The position numbers and the translations under genes are program-made. The notes beneath the pieces are model-generated. The model made no database searches. It saw nothing but the letters and a program-made list of their open reading frames with translations, and had not been told where the DNA came from. Shown piece after piece: positions 1 to 9,893 of a DNA stretch of 64,000 bases. Within the stretch, counting starts at the first letter, position 1. Each line of letters starts with the position of its first letter. The stretch is from contig CAWFXF010000001.1 of NCBI GenBank assembly GCA_963819765.1, positions 206,506 to 270,505 on the forward strand, in the 5' to 3' direction. The DNA comes from an uncultured Acidobacteriaceae bacterium. GTDB taxonomy: Bacteria > Acidobacteriota > Terriglobia > Terriglobales > Acidobacteriaceae.

Positions 1-1148
1 ATTCCTCCGATGCCGATAATTACGAGGAAGGTCATCTGGAAGCTTGATTCCGTCAGGCTCGCCGGCGAGAGTACCAGAACCGCCAATACCGCAGCTCCGA
101 GCGCATTGAGGACGCTTCGCTCACGTGACATCAATCGCGCGAGAAGAAAGACAGTAGTCATGAACAGTGCTCGTTGAACGGGCGGACCAAAGCCGGTCAA
201 TAGTGCATAGACGAACGTCATCAAGAGAGTCAGCACAGTTGCGAGCCATTCGTGCAGACGCAGTCGCCGCGTTATCCAGAACATCATGCCCGCAAGTAGA
301 GCCACGTGCATGCCCGAGACGACAAATAGATGAAACGAACCAGTGCGTTCGAACCCTATCCGCAGGGTATGGTTAAGGCGCGTACGATCACCGAAGAGCA
401 TCGCGTTAAGCATGCCAGTATCTTCTTCGCTCAGGCGCATGGCTCGTGGAAGGCGATGGTTGGTACTCGATCGGGTATAGTCCAGCATTCGCGCTGATGC
501 CCAGCTTTGTGCGGCAAACAAACGACACCGCAAAGTCGGTGTAGCATTCTCAACGACACGTAGCTTTGCTGAATGGACAGTTGAGTGAAGGCCGATGCCT
601 TGATCCAGAAGATAGTCGGCGTATTGCCAGACTCCGGGATCGTGATATCGCTCCGGAACCTTCAATATCATTGGCGCTTCAATGAGATCGCCGCACTGCA
701 ACTCAGGACGTATTCGATCGACGACCGCGGTTATCCGAACGCCGCCATTAGCAGGAACCATTCGAGAGACATCAGGTGTGACTTCTTCGACTGCATTGAT
801 TTCGATATCGACTGAAAGCGCTGACGCTTTCTCCGGTTCGTGCTCAAGCGACCAGGCAGTATCTTTGTCCTGATCCGTAGAAGTCGCTCTCGGTGGTAGT
901 TCACGAATACGAACAACCCGGCCTCTCACCTGACGGCTCAGACCATCCGCGTATTGTTTGAGCGCAGTCTGTGCAGATGGAATGGGTCGTATCTGCCAGC
1001 ACCACAGGCCCGCCGCAATCCACAATACTCCTGTCGGAGCTATAGCAACCCAGGAACTCAAACGTAGTGCAATGAAGGCAAGGATGATCACATAGGTAAT
1101 CGCGGCCAGCAAAATTGCAGAGGGGAGCCAGGTTCGACCTATCGCCAT
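1..1148 (-). CDS. comEC: ComEC/Rec2-family DNA-uptake channel protein, N-terminal part (continues beyond left edge)
   Basis: The minus-strand frame stays open from the ATG (complement of 1146-1148) to position 1. It is missing from the ORF track only because it is not closed. The translation starts MAIGRTWLPSAILLAAITYVIILAF (TM helices) and later reads GFERTGSFHLFVVSGMHVALLAGMMFW, which resembles the ComEC competence domain. Confidence 0.7.
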   Translation of the reverse strand, partial: MAIGRTWLPSAILLAAITYVIILAFIALRLSSWVAIAPTGVLWIAAGLWCWQIRPIPSAQTALKQYADGLSRQVRGRVVRIRELPPRATSTDQDKDTAWSLEHEPEKASALSVDIEINAVEEVTPDVSRMVPANGGVRITAVVDRIRPELQCGDLIEAPMILKVPERYHDPGVWQYADYLLDQGIGLHSTVHSAKLRVVENATPTLRCRLFAAQSWASARMLDYTRSSTNHRLPRAMRLSEEDTGMLNAMLFGDRTRLNHTLRIGFERTGSFHLFVVSGMHVALLAGMMFWITRRLRLHEWLATVLTLLMTFVYALLTGFGPPVQRALFMTTVFLLARLMSRERSVLNALGAAVLAVLVLSPASLTESSFQMTFLVIIGIGG

Positions 1149-1269
1149 TCCTAGAGCAAACCAACATGAGGCTGCCAATAGCGGCGCTCTACGAAAGAGA
1201 AGCCTTTCAACTTGGTTTCTGGCCCAAAGAGTCTGTTGCACTTTTGTTGTCAGACCTGCCCCCGTTCCT

Positions 1270-2583
1270 CTACCAGGCATTTCTCTTCAGGACAGCAACA
1301 GTCTCCTGATGGAAGGTCTGTGGAAACATATCCACCATATGCAACTCAGCCAGCCTGTAGCCGGAGTCTATCATTGCCTTTAAATCACGCCCGAGCGTAG
1401 TTGGATCGCATGACACGTAGACCGTCTCCAGTGGACGCAGGCGCATTAATAGAGCGCAAGCCTCCAATCCAACTCCGGCTCGCGGCGGATCCATGACGAT
1501 GAGTTCCGGCCTCTCACGTTCGAGCACGGCCTGGCGGAGGAAATCTATGACTGCGGCCCTCACGGCAACGCGGCCTGTGCCCTTGAACGTTCGCAGCAGG
1601 TCGTCTGCCGCCGCTTCGACAGCTACCACTTTCGTAAAGTTTTTTGCGAGCAGGCGTGAAAACAGTCCAACTCCTGCGAACAGATCCCACGCGATTGTCC
1701 CACTTCGGCCCTGTGTTACCAGATGCCCAAGTTTGTCCAGAAGAAAGCGGTTTACCTGAAAGAAGGCTCCGCGACTAACCCAGTAATTTTCGCCTGCGAC
1801 AACATAATTTAGTCCCCCTGCGCCCCATGTTGATCCTGGTTTCGTTCGCAAGGATTTGCGATTGTGGCCTGCCTTCTGCTGAATCTGCACTCCGGCACTC
1901 GTCAGTTCTGGAATGCTCTGGCGCAGATGTTCGCAGAAGTCAGCGAAACTTTTAGAAGGTTCGTGGCTCACAAAGAACATCGCCTGAAGTTTGGTTTCAT
2001 CAGCAGTGGCAAAATACTCCACCTCAGAAATCGACTGTAACCAATGCGCCGCTTCACTCTTCAACTGCAGCAGCGCCTCCGCAGCGCGCCACAGCAGCGG
2101 AGCCGCGATTGAACACATTTGTACCGGCAGGAAATCCTCTGATTCCCTCCGAAGATAACCAGCTCGTAAAATGCCGTTGAACTTAGCGAGTCGCAATCGA
2201 ATCCTGTTTCGATATTCCCATGGATCAGCAGAGTGTTGAGTGATTTCCGGCAACTCAGCCAATCCCGCTCTCGCCAGCGACTCGCGCAGGATGCCGGCCT
2301 TAAGGGAAAGTTGCTCTTCGTATTGAGCATGCTGATAACTACACCCGCCGCACTCGCCGAAATGAACGCATCTCGCCGCAATTCTTGCGGGCGATGGTTC
2401 GATTATCTGTCCTAACTCTGCCTCGCGGCGTCCTTTCCTGACTCCCAACTCCTGGGCTTCAACGATCTCTCCCGGCAATGTAAAGGGTACGAATATAGAA
2501 CCCGAGCTGTCATCTGGTCGCGCCAGTCCGCTACCTCCATAGACGACTTTTTCTATAAGCAGTCGCATAGGCGATCTATCCAA
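1270..2583 (-). CDS. rlmD: 23S rRNA (uracil-C5)-methyltransferase, RumA/RlmD type
   Basis: 437-aa ORF with the Fe-S Cys cluster CVHFGECGGC and SAM-MTase motifs DLFAGVG, MDPPRAG and VSCDP. An alternative start is Met6 (2568). Confidence 0.85.
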   Translation of the reverse strand: MDRSPMRLLIEKVVYGGSGLARPDDSSGSIFVPFTLPGEIVEAQELGVRKGRREAELGQIIEPSPARIAARCVHFGECGGCSYQHAQYEEQLSLKAGILRESLARAGLAELPEITQHSADPWEYRNRIRLRLAKFNGILRAGYLRRESEDFLPVQMCSIAAPLLWRAAEALLQLKSEAAHWLQSISEVEYFATADETKLQAMFFVSHEPSKSFADFCEHLRQSIPELTSAGVQIQQKAGHNRKSLRTKPGSTWGAGGLNYVVAGENYWVSRGAFFQVNRFLLDKLGHLVTQGRSGTIAWDLFAGVGLFSRLLAKNFTKVVAVEAAADDLLRTFKGTGRVAVRAAVIDFLRQAVLERERPELIVMDPPRAGVGLEACALLMRLRPLETVYVSCDPTTLGRDLKAMIDSGYRLAELHMVDMFPQTFHQETVAVLKRNAW

Positions 2584-3289
2584 GGCTCATATAGAAAAGG
2601 CTAAGGCGCGGAAGCTTCCTTGCTTCGAGCAGCTTCTTTTGCAGGAATTGAGTGGTGACCTGCTTAATCTGTACCGCCTGCATCTTTCCACGGTAGGGTG
2701 CCAATTCCCGGGAGGCCTGCTCCTTCAGCGCTTCCAGCTCACTATCTCGGGCCGCAGTCATCAGCGAGGCAAACAATTTTTCCTCCAGCATAGTTAGAGT
2801 GCGGTCCAATTCTTCGAGTGACTGCGATGGTTCAACATGTAATCCGGAGGCCAGGGCACGCAGACGGCCTGCGATCTCAGCAGCAGTCGTGTCCGCAGGC
2901 GGATCGAGGGGTGCCGCTTCGACGGCAGCGGCGTTCTCGACGAGATATCGATGCACACGTTCAATTTCGAAACCGCTATCCGCTTGTGCGCCTATCGCAG
3001 GTGCCGTACCGATCGAGGCTTCCGATGCTTTCTCTGTGGCTTCCATTACGCTCTGGACGCACCATGCAAGCCCATTCACCTTCCGCATTTTGTGGGGCGA
3101 ACGCAACGTTTTTGTATCGTACTTGTCGAATGCGTTATCGATTCCACGTAACACGGCTTCGAGTGGAATTCCCGCTTCGCGCCACGTTTCAATCAAAGCC
3201 CAATCGAGCGTTGAGAGCATCAGAAGAGATCCGCGCCTCTGCTGAAACCGCTCCTCGATCTCTGTGAAGTAATTGAAGTAATTCTGCAT
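2576..3289 (-). CDS. conserved hypothetical protein (no recognised domain)
   Basis: 237-aa ORF. Its stop overlaps the rlmD start by 8 nt and it lies 16 nt downstream of coaX. It is the only long ORF here with coding-like composition. I recognised no family motif. Confidence 0.6.
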   Translation of the reverse strand: MQNYFNYFTEIEERFQQRRGSLLMLSTLDWALIETWREAGIPLEAVLRGIDNAFDKYDTKTLRSPHKMRKVNGLAWCVQSVMEATEKASEASIGTAPAIGAQADSGFEIERVHRYLVENAAAVEAAPLDPPADTTAAEIAGRLRALASGLHVEPSQSLEELDRTLTMLEEKLFASLMTAARDSELEALKEQASRELAPYRGKMQAVQIKQVTTQFLQKKLLEARKLPRLSLFYMSLG

Positions 3290-3304
3290 CCTCGAATAAT
3301 CAGG

Positions 3305-4117
3305 CTACGCCTGTACAGAATGTCTCTTGTGCCGTTGCTGATTGCGCTCATAAATGATTCGCAGTCCATTCAGGGTTAGCATCTCATCTACCACGGCTAT
3401 ATATCTGGAACCTCCAGCGATTAACTTCGCAAGGCCACCAGTTGCTATGGTCTTTGTCTCCGGGCCAAGTTCTGCGATCATTCGCTCGAGGATCCCATCG
3501 ACCAGCCCGATATATCCGTAGTACAACCCGATCTGCATATGGTCAATGGTATTAGTCCCTATCACCTTTGCTGGCTTCTTGATATCAACACGCGGCAGAC
3601 GAGCGGCTCGCGCGAATAAAGCTCCAGCCGAGATTCCGAGCCCAGGTGCAATTGCTCCTCCCAGGAATTCTCCCTTCTTCGAAATCACATCGAAGGTTGT
3701 AGCCGTTCCCAAATCTACAACAATGGCTGGTCCACCGAACTCTTCAAAAGCTGCTGCGCAATTCACGATTCGATCAGCTCCCACTTCAGCTGGATTGTCG
3801 GTAAGAACAGGTACCCCAGTCTTTACTCCAGGTTCAATGACCAAAGGCTTCAATCCGAAATAGGTCTCGCACGCCTGCCGCATCATGGTGTCAAGAGGAG
3901 GAACGACAGATGAGATAGCTATACCTGTTACAGAATCCATCTTCAAGCCACGTAATGCGAATAGATTCTGCAGGAGAATTCCGAACTCATCTACAGTTTG
4001 CTCAGTTGGAGTCGTAATTCGCCAGTTCGCTATAACTTCAGGCTTTGTGCCCTCACTGGCCAGTTTGAAAAGACCAAAAACAGCATTTGTATTTCCTACA
4101 TCGAGTGCCAGTAGCAT
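3305..4117 (-). CDS. coaX: type III pantothenate kinase
   Basis: Matches CoaX/Baf. The probable true start is the internal Met giving MLLALDVGNTNAVFGLF (ASKHA phosphate-1 motif). The ORF-track start at 4216 adds a Cys/Arg-rich extension that is unlikely to be real. Confidence 0.88.
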   Translation of the reverse strand: MLLALDVGNTNAVFGLFKLASEGTKPEVIANWRITTPTEQTVDEFGILLQNLFALRGLKMDSVTGIAISSVVPPLDTMMRQACETYFGLKPLVIEPGVKTGVPVLTDNPAEVGADRIVNCAAAFEEFGGPAIVVDLGTATTFDVISKKGEFLGGAIAPGLGISAGALFARAARLPRVDIKKPAKVIGTNTIDHMQIGLYYGYIGLVDGILERMIAELGPETKTIATGGLAKLIAGGSRYIAVVDEMLTLNGLRIIYERNQQRHKRHSVQA

Positions 4118-4142
4118 CGTCGCTCTCCCGCCTCGTTCTTTC

Positions 4143-4953
4143 CTATATCTCTCGCACGCCGCCCGAGAGCACCGTGTGTCTTGCGCCATCATCGCCGTCG
4201 ACCTGCAGAAAGCCACGATCGTCGAATCCGGCTGTCACGCCAGTATATCCACCCGATTCCTCAACCCGCACGCGCTTGTCTTTTACCCAGGTAGATGCAG
4301 CAGCAAACCTTTCGAGCAAGCTTTTGCCATTGGCTCCTTCATCGGCGCCTTGAATCAGCAGCTGCATCTCTCTATCAAGTTGCCGCAGGATGGCAGCAAG
4401 CAGCTGTTCCCGTGAGATTGTGTGCCCACTTGCAAGTTTCAATGAGGTTGCAACCTGTGCAAGTTCTTCCGGGGAATTTCGTGTGATTCAGATTGATCCC
4501 TATTCCGATTACAGCATGACGCAGCATCGCAGAGGTATCCTGCTCCGCGTGAGCGATGGCCGTTTCTACCAGAATGCCTCCGCATTTACGTCCATGAATC
4601 AAAAGATCGTTCGGCCATCGGATATCAACTTCAAGTTGCGCGACTTCGAGGATCGCGGTCTTTGCGGCCAGCCCAGTTGCAAGCGAAATCCATAGGGCCT
4701 TTCCTATTTCAAGCAGTGGAGTGACAAGAGCGCTCACATAGAGTCCGTCTCCCGCTGCGGAATGCCAACTATGCCCGCTACGTCCGCGCCCGGCGAGCTG
4801 TTCATCGGCGATCCAGACGCCGCTTCGCTCTCCCGCCTGTGCTGCTTCTAACGCAAGCTGATTCGTTGAATCCACGGAAGGAAAGTATTTCACTTGCCCT
4901 GCGAATCGTGTTCCGAGGATACCTGATTCTACTGTCGTCAGATCAAAAGTCAT
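4143..4953 (-). pseudogene. birA: biotin-[acetyl-CoA-carboxylase] ligase BirA, split by a +1 nt frameshift
   Basis: The N-terminal ORF 4375-4953 carries the catalytic domain (ADEQLAGRGRSGHSWHS, GIGINLNHTKFP). The C-terminal ORF 4143-4442 reads LKLASGHTISREQLLAAILRQLD...VRVEESGGYTGVTAGFDDRGFLQV. Removing one base in the C4/G2 run (plus 4469-4474) restores FPEELAQVATSLKLASGHTI. Confidence 0.85.
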
Positions 4954-4961
4954 TGCGTACT

Positions 4962-5846
4962 CTAATACACATCTGCAGTGATGCGCATACTTAGATCGAC
5001 CGCTGTGGCAGAGTGCGTAAGAGCACCTACAGAAACGAAATCCACGCCGGCCATCGCATACTTTCGTACGGTCTTGAGATTCATGTTGCCGGAAGCCTCG
5101 ACTGGAACTCCGGGTAGTGTAGCGTGGATTTGTTTCACTGCTTTTTTCACCTGCGACGGTGTCATATTATCGAGTAGAATCGATTCCGCTCCTCCAGCGA
5201 TTGCTTGTTCGATCTCCTGCTGGTTGCGTACCTCAACCTGCACGACCTGTCCGGGCTTGCGGCCTTTCAGAGCTTTTTCAAGCACGATGGAAAGTCCACC
5301 GCCCAAAGAGATATGGTTGTTTTTGATCAGGATGCCATCCTGCAAATCGAGCCTGTGATTCACCCCGCCACCGCAGCTTACGGCGTATTTGTCCAACGCA
5401 CGGAGACCGGGGATGGTTTTTCGAGTATCGAGAACCTTCGTCTTCGTTCCCCTGACCGCGTTAACAAATTCGTTGGTGAGTGTAGCGATGCCGCACATCC
5501 TCTGCATCAGGTTCAGGACGACGCGCTCACATGAAAGAATTGCTGCCGCGTTGTAACGAATCACTGCCAGCGGCTGTCCGGGTTTTACTTTAACTCCGTC
5601 AAAGATCTCCGGATGGCTCACCACCTCAAACCGTCCCAAGGGAGCTGAGCTCATCTTCGCAAAGATATCCAAAAATACTGGAATGCAGCCGAGCCCGGAG
5701 ACGATGCAAGCTTGCTTGGCAAGGATGGTTCCCGTTGCTCGCATTTTCGGATCGATTGTCAGCGCGGTGGTGATATCGTTGGCCGCTTTATCCTCGGCAA
5801 GTGCAGATTCGAGGAGTGCACGTACCCTCTTACTTCTCCAGTCCAT
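4962..5846 (-). CDS. nadC: nicotinate-nucleotide diphosphorylase (carboxylating), quinolinate phosphoribosyltransferase
   Basis: 294-aa ORF with the typical NadC layout (LDTRKTIPGLRALDKYAV, GGGVNHRLDL, ILLDNM, EASGNM). Confidence 0.9.
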   Translation of the reverse strand: MDWRSKRVRALLESALAEDKAANDITTALTIDPKMRATGTILAKQACIVSGLGCIPVFLDIFAKMSSAPLGRFEVVSHPEIFDGVKVKPGQPLAVIRYNAAAILSCERVVLNLMQRMCGIATLTNEFVNAVRGTKTKVLDTRKTIPGLRALDKYAVSCGGGVNHRLDLQDGILIKNNHISLGGGLSIVLEKALKGRKPGQVVQVEVRNQQEIEQAIAGGAESILLDNMTPSQVKKAVKQIHATLPGVPVEASGNMNLKTVRKYAMAGVDFVSVGALTHSATAVDLSMRITADVY

Positions 5847-5961
5847 ACACTCATCCTAAACCTTGATTGCCGCATCTTACTGCCATCACTGGACAAAAGG
5901 CATCGTGTTTTCTACCCATCCTCAATCGGGTCTATAATCGCACCGCACAAGGAGCTCGACC

Positions 5962-6426
5962 ATGACGACAGATACCAACCCCTGCTCTGATAATAAGCAG
6001 CTCGTGCACAGGTTCATGGATGAGTGCTGGAACCTGGGCAAGTTTGAGTCCCTTCGAGAGATGGTTGCGGATGATTGCCGTATTCACGATCCGGTCTTTC
6101 CCTCGCTGACCGCCGGCGTCGAGAATCTGAAGCAACATATCATTAACTGTCGTAATGGATTCCCCGACTTAAACTTCACTGTCGAGGACACCATCGGCGA
6201 GCGTGATGAGGTTGTGACTCACTGGACCGCGCGTGGCACGCATCGCTCCACGTTCCTCGGTTTAGAGCCGACTAACCGCATCGCGACGATTACAGGAACA
6301 TCCATCTTCAAGGTGGAAGACTGTAAGATTGTCGAGCAGTGGGCCGACTGGAACCTGCTATCTCTGCTGGAGCAGCTTGGGCTGGCGCCTGTTCCAGGCA
6401 AAGTTCAGGAAAAGGCGCATATGTAG
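5962..6426 (+). CDS. SnoaL-like ester cyclase family protein
   Basis: 154 aa. The pattern NKQLVHRFMDECWN...THWTARGTHRSTFLG...TGTSIFKVEDCKIVEQW is typical of ester-cyclase/NTF2-like proteins. It is a paralog of 16120-16539. Confidence 0.7.
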   Translation: MTTDTNPCSDNKQLVHRFMDECWNLGKFESLREMVADDCRIHDPVFPSLTAGVENLKQHIINCRNGFPDLNFTVEDTIGERDEVVTHWTARGTHRSTFLGLEPTNRIATITGTSIFKVEDCKIVEQWADWNLLSLLEQLGLAPVPGKVQEKAHM

Positions 6427-6438
6427 CGCTACCTTGCG

Positions 6439-9219
6439 TTATGCAGAGGGCAGCGCTTCAAGCGCTGCCTTGGCTTTTTCGTGCAGCATTTTGGTTTCAG
6501 TCGCCTGTTTTCGCAGACCTTCGATAATATGCGCAGGAGCTTTGGCCACGAATGCTTCATTGTTAAGTTGCTTTTCTGCAGATGCAAGACCTTTCTCGAA
6601 TTTCGCCATTTCCTTCATCAGTCTTTCGCGCTCGGCGGCTACATCGATCTGCCGTTCATAGACAACCGCCACGTCGAAGTTTGGGGTTGAACGTGTACCA
6701 GCCCCTGTCAGCACATCGCTGGAAAACTCTGCCGAAGCTACCCGAGCTAATCTGGAGAGCATATCGCTGTTGGCGTCGGCGAGTGCAATGACGCGATTGT
6801 TCGCGTGGAGCTTGATTGGAGCGGCTTCCTTTTCAGGAACGCCGAGTTCCTTGCGGAGAGCGCGCACGGTCACGATCAACTCCTGCAGCGTCGTCATCGC
6901 AGCAACCGAAGCTGAGTCGGAGGCAAAGTCTTCGGTCTGTGGGTATCGCGTGAGCGCGATCGACCTGACCGGAGCATTGCCCTCGTACAACGCATGCCAA
7001 AGTTCTTCCGTCAGGAAAGGCATGAAGGGGCTCAATAGCCGCAACGCGGCCTCGAATACAGCAACCAGCGACGCCAGAGTGATTGCGGTTACAGGATTCT
7101 TTTCAGTCCCCTCGCCAAATTCGAGCCGCAACTTCACCAGTTCCAGGTACCAGTCGCAGAACTCTCCCCAGAAGAATTGGTAAACCGCGCCAGCCGCTTC
7201 GTCGAAGCGATAGTCTGCGAGCGCCTTGTCGACCTCGGAGCAGACTGCACTTAACCGAGCGATGATCCACCGCGTCTCAAGCGGAGTTTCATCTGGAAGC
7301 TCCGGCACAGTACCGGTGGCAAGCATCGAAACCTTGTAACCTGCTTCTTTTGCGCGATCGATCTGCATAAACAGAAATCTGGCTGCATTCCATATTTTGT
7401 TTGCAAATGCACGATAGCCTTCCGTGCGTGCTTCGCTGAAGGCGATGTCGGTTCCAGGAGAGGCCATGCTCGCCAATGTGAAGCGCACTGCATCGGTGCC
7501 GAATTTCGTGACGATGTCGATTGGGTCGATTACGTTGCCCTTGGTCTTTGACATCTTCTGCCGCTCGGCGTCACGTACCAGTGCGTGAATATAGACTTCA
7601 CGGAATGGAACCGCATCTCTCAGTGTGCGTTCTGAGCCATCAGGCATCGGGACATCGAGCATGAAGTAGCAGCCAAGCATGATCATCCTGGCTACCCAGA
7701 AGAAGAGAATGTCGAAGCCTGTAACCAGAAGATCGGTGGGATAGAACGCAGCGAGATCAGCAGTCAGTCCACCAGAGCCTTCTGCTCCCGGCCAACCAAA
7801 TGCGGTGAAGGGAAGCAGTCCGCTCGAGAACCACGTATCGAGTACATCTGTCTCCTGAGTCAACTCATTGGAACCACAAGCGTGGCAACCCGTGGGAGTT
7901 TCGCGTGCAACCGTAATCTCTCCGCACCTGGCGCAATGCCACGCAGGAATTCTGTGCCCCCACCAAAGTTGCCGCGAGATGCACCAGTCGTGAATGTTCT
8001 TCATCCATTCGTCGTACGTCTTGCGGTACTGATCCGGTGTGAAGCGGATGTAGCCTTTATCCACGGCCTCGATTGCCTTGTCGGCGAGAGGTTGAATTTT
8101 GATAAACCATTGCTGGGACAGCCGCGGCTCGATCACGACTCCGGTGCGCTGGCTTAGTCCGATTGAAAGTGTGTGCTCTTTCACGTCGACCAACAGGCCC
8201 TGTTCTTTCAGATCCTCGATGATCGTTTTGCGGGCGGCATAGCGGTCCATCCCATCGTATGGCGAACCCGGTAATGCAACATGCGCCGTTTCATCGAGTA
8301 TGGAAAGATTCGGAAGCCCATGGCGCTGACCGATTGCGAAGTCGTTCGGATCATGCGCTGGAGTCACCTTTACCGCGCCGGTGCCAAACTCCGGTTTGGC
8401 CCAGTCATCGGCCAGAATAGGAATCTCGCGGTCGGGTCCGTTATTTACACCGCTCAGAGGGAGCAGGACAACTTTGCCGATGAGCGGTTTGTAGCGCTCA
8501 TCTTCAGGATTCACAGCCACTGCAACGTCGCCCAGCATTGTCTCAGGCCGGGTAGTCGCGACGACGATGGAACCGCTTCCATCTGCCAAGGGATATCGCA
8601 CGTGATAAATATTTCCGACGCGCTCTTCGTGCTCTACTTCAAGGTCGGAAACCGCAGTCTGGATTGAGGGGTCCCAGTTCACGATGTAGGCACCGCGGTA
8701 GATGAGCCCCTGTTCCCAGAGGCGAACGAAACACTCCTTTACGGCGACGCTCAGCCTCTCGTCCATGGTGAAGTAGGTGCGGCTCCAGTCCACGCTTGCG
8801 CCCAGCCGCTTCATCTGATCCAGGATGGCGTCTCCGTAGACGTTCTTCCATTCCCATACGCGCTCGACGAATGCTTCGCGTCCCAATCCCCTCCGGCATT
8901 TCCCCTCGGAGGCAAGCTGGCGCTCCACCATCATCTGAGTTGCGATGCCCGCATGGTCGGTACCAGGGACCCAGACGGCAATCTCGCCACGCATCCTGTG
9001 CCATCGCGTGAGAATGTCCATCTCGGTCTGGTTGAGCATGTGGCCCATGTGCAGCCGACCCGTTACGTTAGGCGGGGGCAACAGCATCGTGAACTTCTTC
9101 CGCTCGTTCTCCGTACCCTCAGGAGTGGCGACGTCAAACAAGTGTTCGCGGACCCAGTATTCGGCCCAGCGTTCTTCGATAACGGACGGATCGTATGCCT
9201 TTGGCAATTCGTGACTCAT
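6439..9219 (-). CDS. valS: valine-tRNA ligase
   Basis: Class I motifs PPPNVTGRLHMGH and KMSKTKGN, a full-length editing domain and a C-terminal coiled coil. The start is more likely MSHELPKAYDP (9219) than the track start at 9237. Confidence 0.97.
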   Translation of the reverse strand: MSHELPKAYDPSVIEERWAEYWVREHLFDVATPEGTENERKKFTMLLPPPNVTGRLHMGHMLNQTEMDILTRWHRMRGEIAVWVPGTDHAGIATQMMVERQLASEGKCRRGLGREAFVERVWEWKNVYGDAILDQMKRLGASVDWSRTYFTMDERLSVAVKECFVRLWEQGLIYRGAYIVNWDPSIQTAVSDLEVEHEERVGNIYHVRYPLADGSGSIVVATTRPETMLGDVAVAVNPEDERYKPLIGKVVLLPLSGVNNGPDREIPILADDWAKPEFGTGAVKVTPAHDPNDFAIGQRHGLPNLSILDETAHVALPGSPYDGMDRYAARKTIIEDLKEQGLLVDVKEHTLSIGLSQRTGVVIEPRLSQQWFIKIQPLADKAIEAVDKGYIRFTPDQYRKTYDEWMKNIHDWCISRQLWWGHRIPAWHCARCGEITVARETPTGCHACGSNELTQETDVLDTWFSSGLLPFTAFGWPGAEGSGGLTADLAAFYPTDLLVTGFDILFFWVARMIMLGCYFMLDVPMPDGSERTLRDAVPFREVYIHALVRDAERQKMSKTKGNVIDPIDIVTKFGTDAVRFTLASMASPGTDIAFSEARTEGYRAFANKIWNAARFLFMQIDRAKEAGYKVSMLATGTVPELPDETPLETRWIIARLSAVCSEVDKALADYRFDEAAGAVYQFFWGEFCDWYLELVKLRLEFGEGTEKNPVTAITLASLVAVFEAALRLLSPFMPFLTEELWHALYEGNAPVRSIALTRYPQTEDFASDSASVAAMTTLQELIVTVRALRKELGVPEKEAAPIKLHANNRVIALADANSDMLSRLARVASAEFSSDVLTGAGTRSTPNFDVAVVYERQIDVAAERERLMKEMAKFEKGLASAEKQLNNEAFVAKAPAHIIEGLRKQATETKMLHEKAKAALEALPSA

Positions 9220-9304
9220 GTGATTTAAGGTTAGCATTCAGCTCGATATAGCCTGCTCGTCACATCCCGCAGGTTCGCCGTAAACTAGCCATCGAGGTCT
9301 ACTC

Positions 9305-9829
9305 ATGCGCAGACAGCCTTTCTTAATTGTCCTGCTAGCCGTGCTTGCGTGCTCGATGCCTGCCTTCGCCAAAGATTCCCATGGTGACAACGACCGCGCC
9401 AGCTTTGGCGGCGATATTAAGATCACGGAGGGTGAGAATGCAGGTGATGTTGCGTGCGCTTTCTGCTCTGTGACTGTTCAAGGTGATGTAAGCGGTGATG
9501 TTGCTGTCCTGTTTGGAAATGTTACGGTTGATTCGGGCCACAAGATAGGGGGCGATGTCGCAATTCTCGGCGGAGACCTCAACCTCGGTGAGGAATCTGT
9601 GACGGGGGGCGATGTTGCGATTCTGGCTGGAAATGCCAATCTCGCTCACAGTGCAATGATTCATGGTTCGCGCACTGTTCTGCCGGGTCGTTTTTGGCTT
9701 CTCATTCCTTTCGCCCCGCTCATTATTCTGATTGGGGTAATCTGGCTGATCATCCATCTTTTCCGTCGCAATCGATACCGATATCCGGTTTACCCGGCTG
9801 GAGGGAATTATCCACGTCCCCCTCGGTAA
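9305..9829 (+). CDS. secreted, C-terminally membrane-anchored beta-helix-repeat protein (bactofilin-like repeats, CAFC motif)
   Basis: Signal peptide MRRQPFLIVLLAVLACSMPAFA, repeats GDVxVLxG/GDVAILGG, then a TM helix LLIPFAPLIILIGVIWLIIHLF and a basic Pro/Tyr tail. Confidence 0.6.
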   Translation: MRRQPFLIVLLAVLACSMPAFAKDSHGDNDRASFGGDIKITEGENAGDVACAFCSVTVQGDVSGDVAVLFGNVTVDSGHKIGGDVAILGGDLNLGEESVTGGDVAILAGNANLAHSAMIHGSRTVLPGRFWLLIPFAPLIILIGVIWLIIHLFRRNRYRYPVYPAGGNYPRPPR

Positions 9830-9893
9830 GAAGGGAACTGCAAGTTACGCTTCCGCGTATCTTCACCAGCACACATCGCTCCTGGGGGATCCC

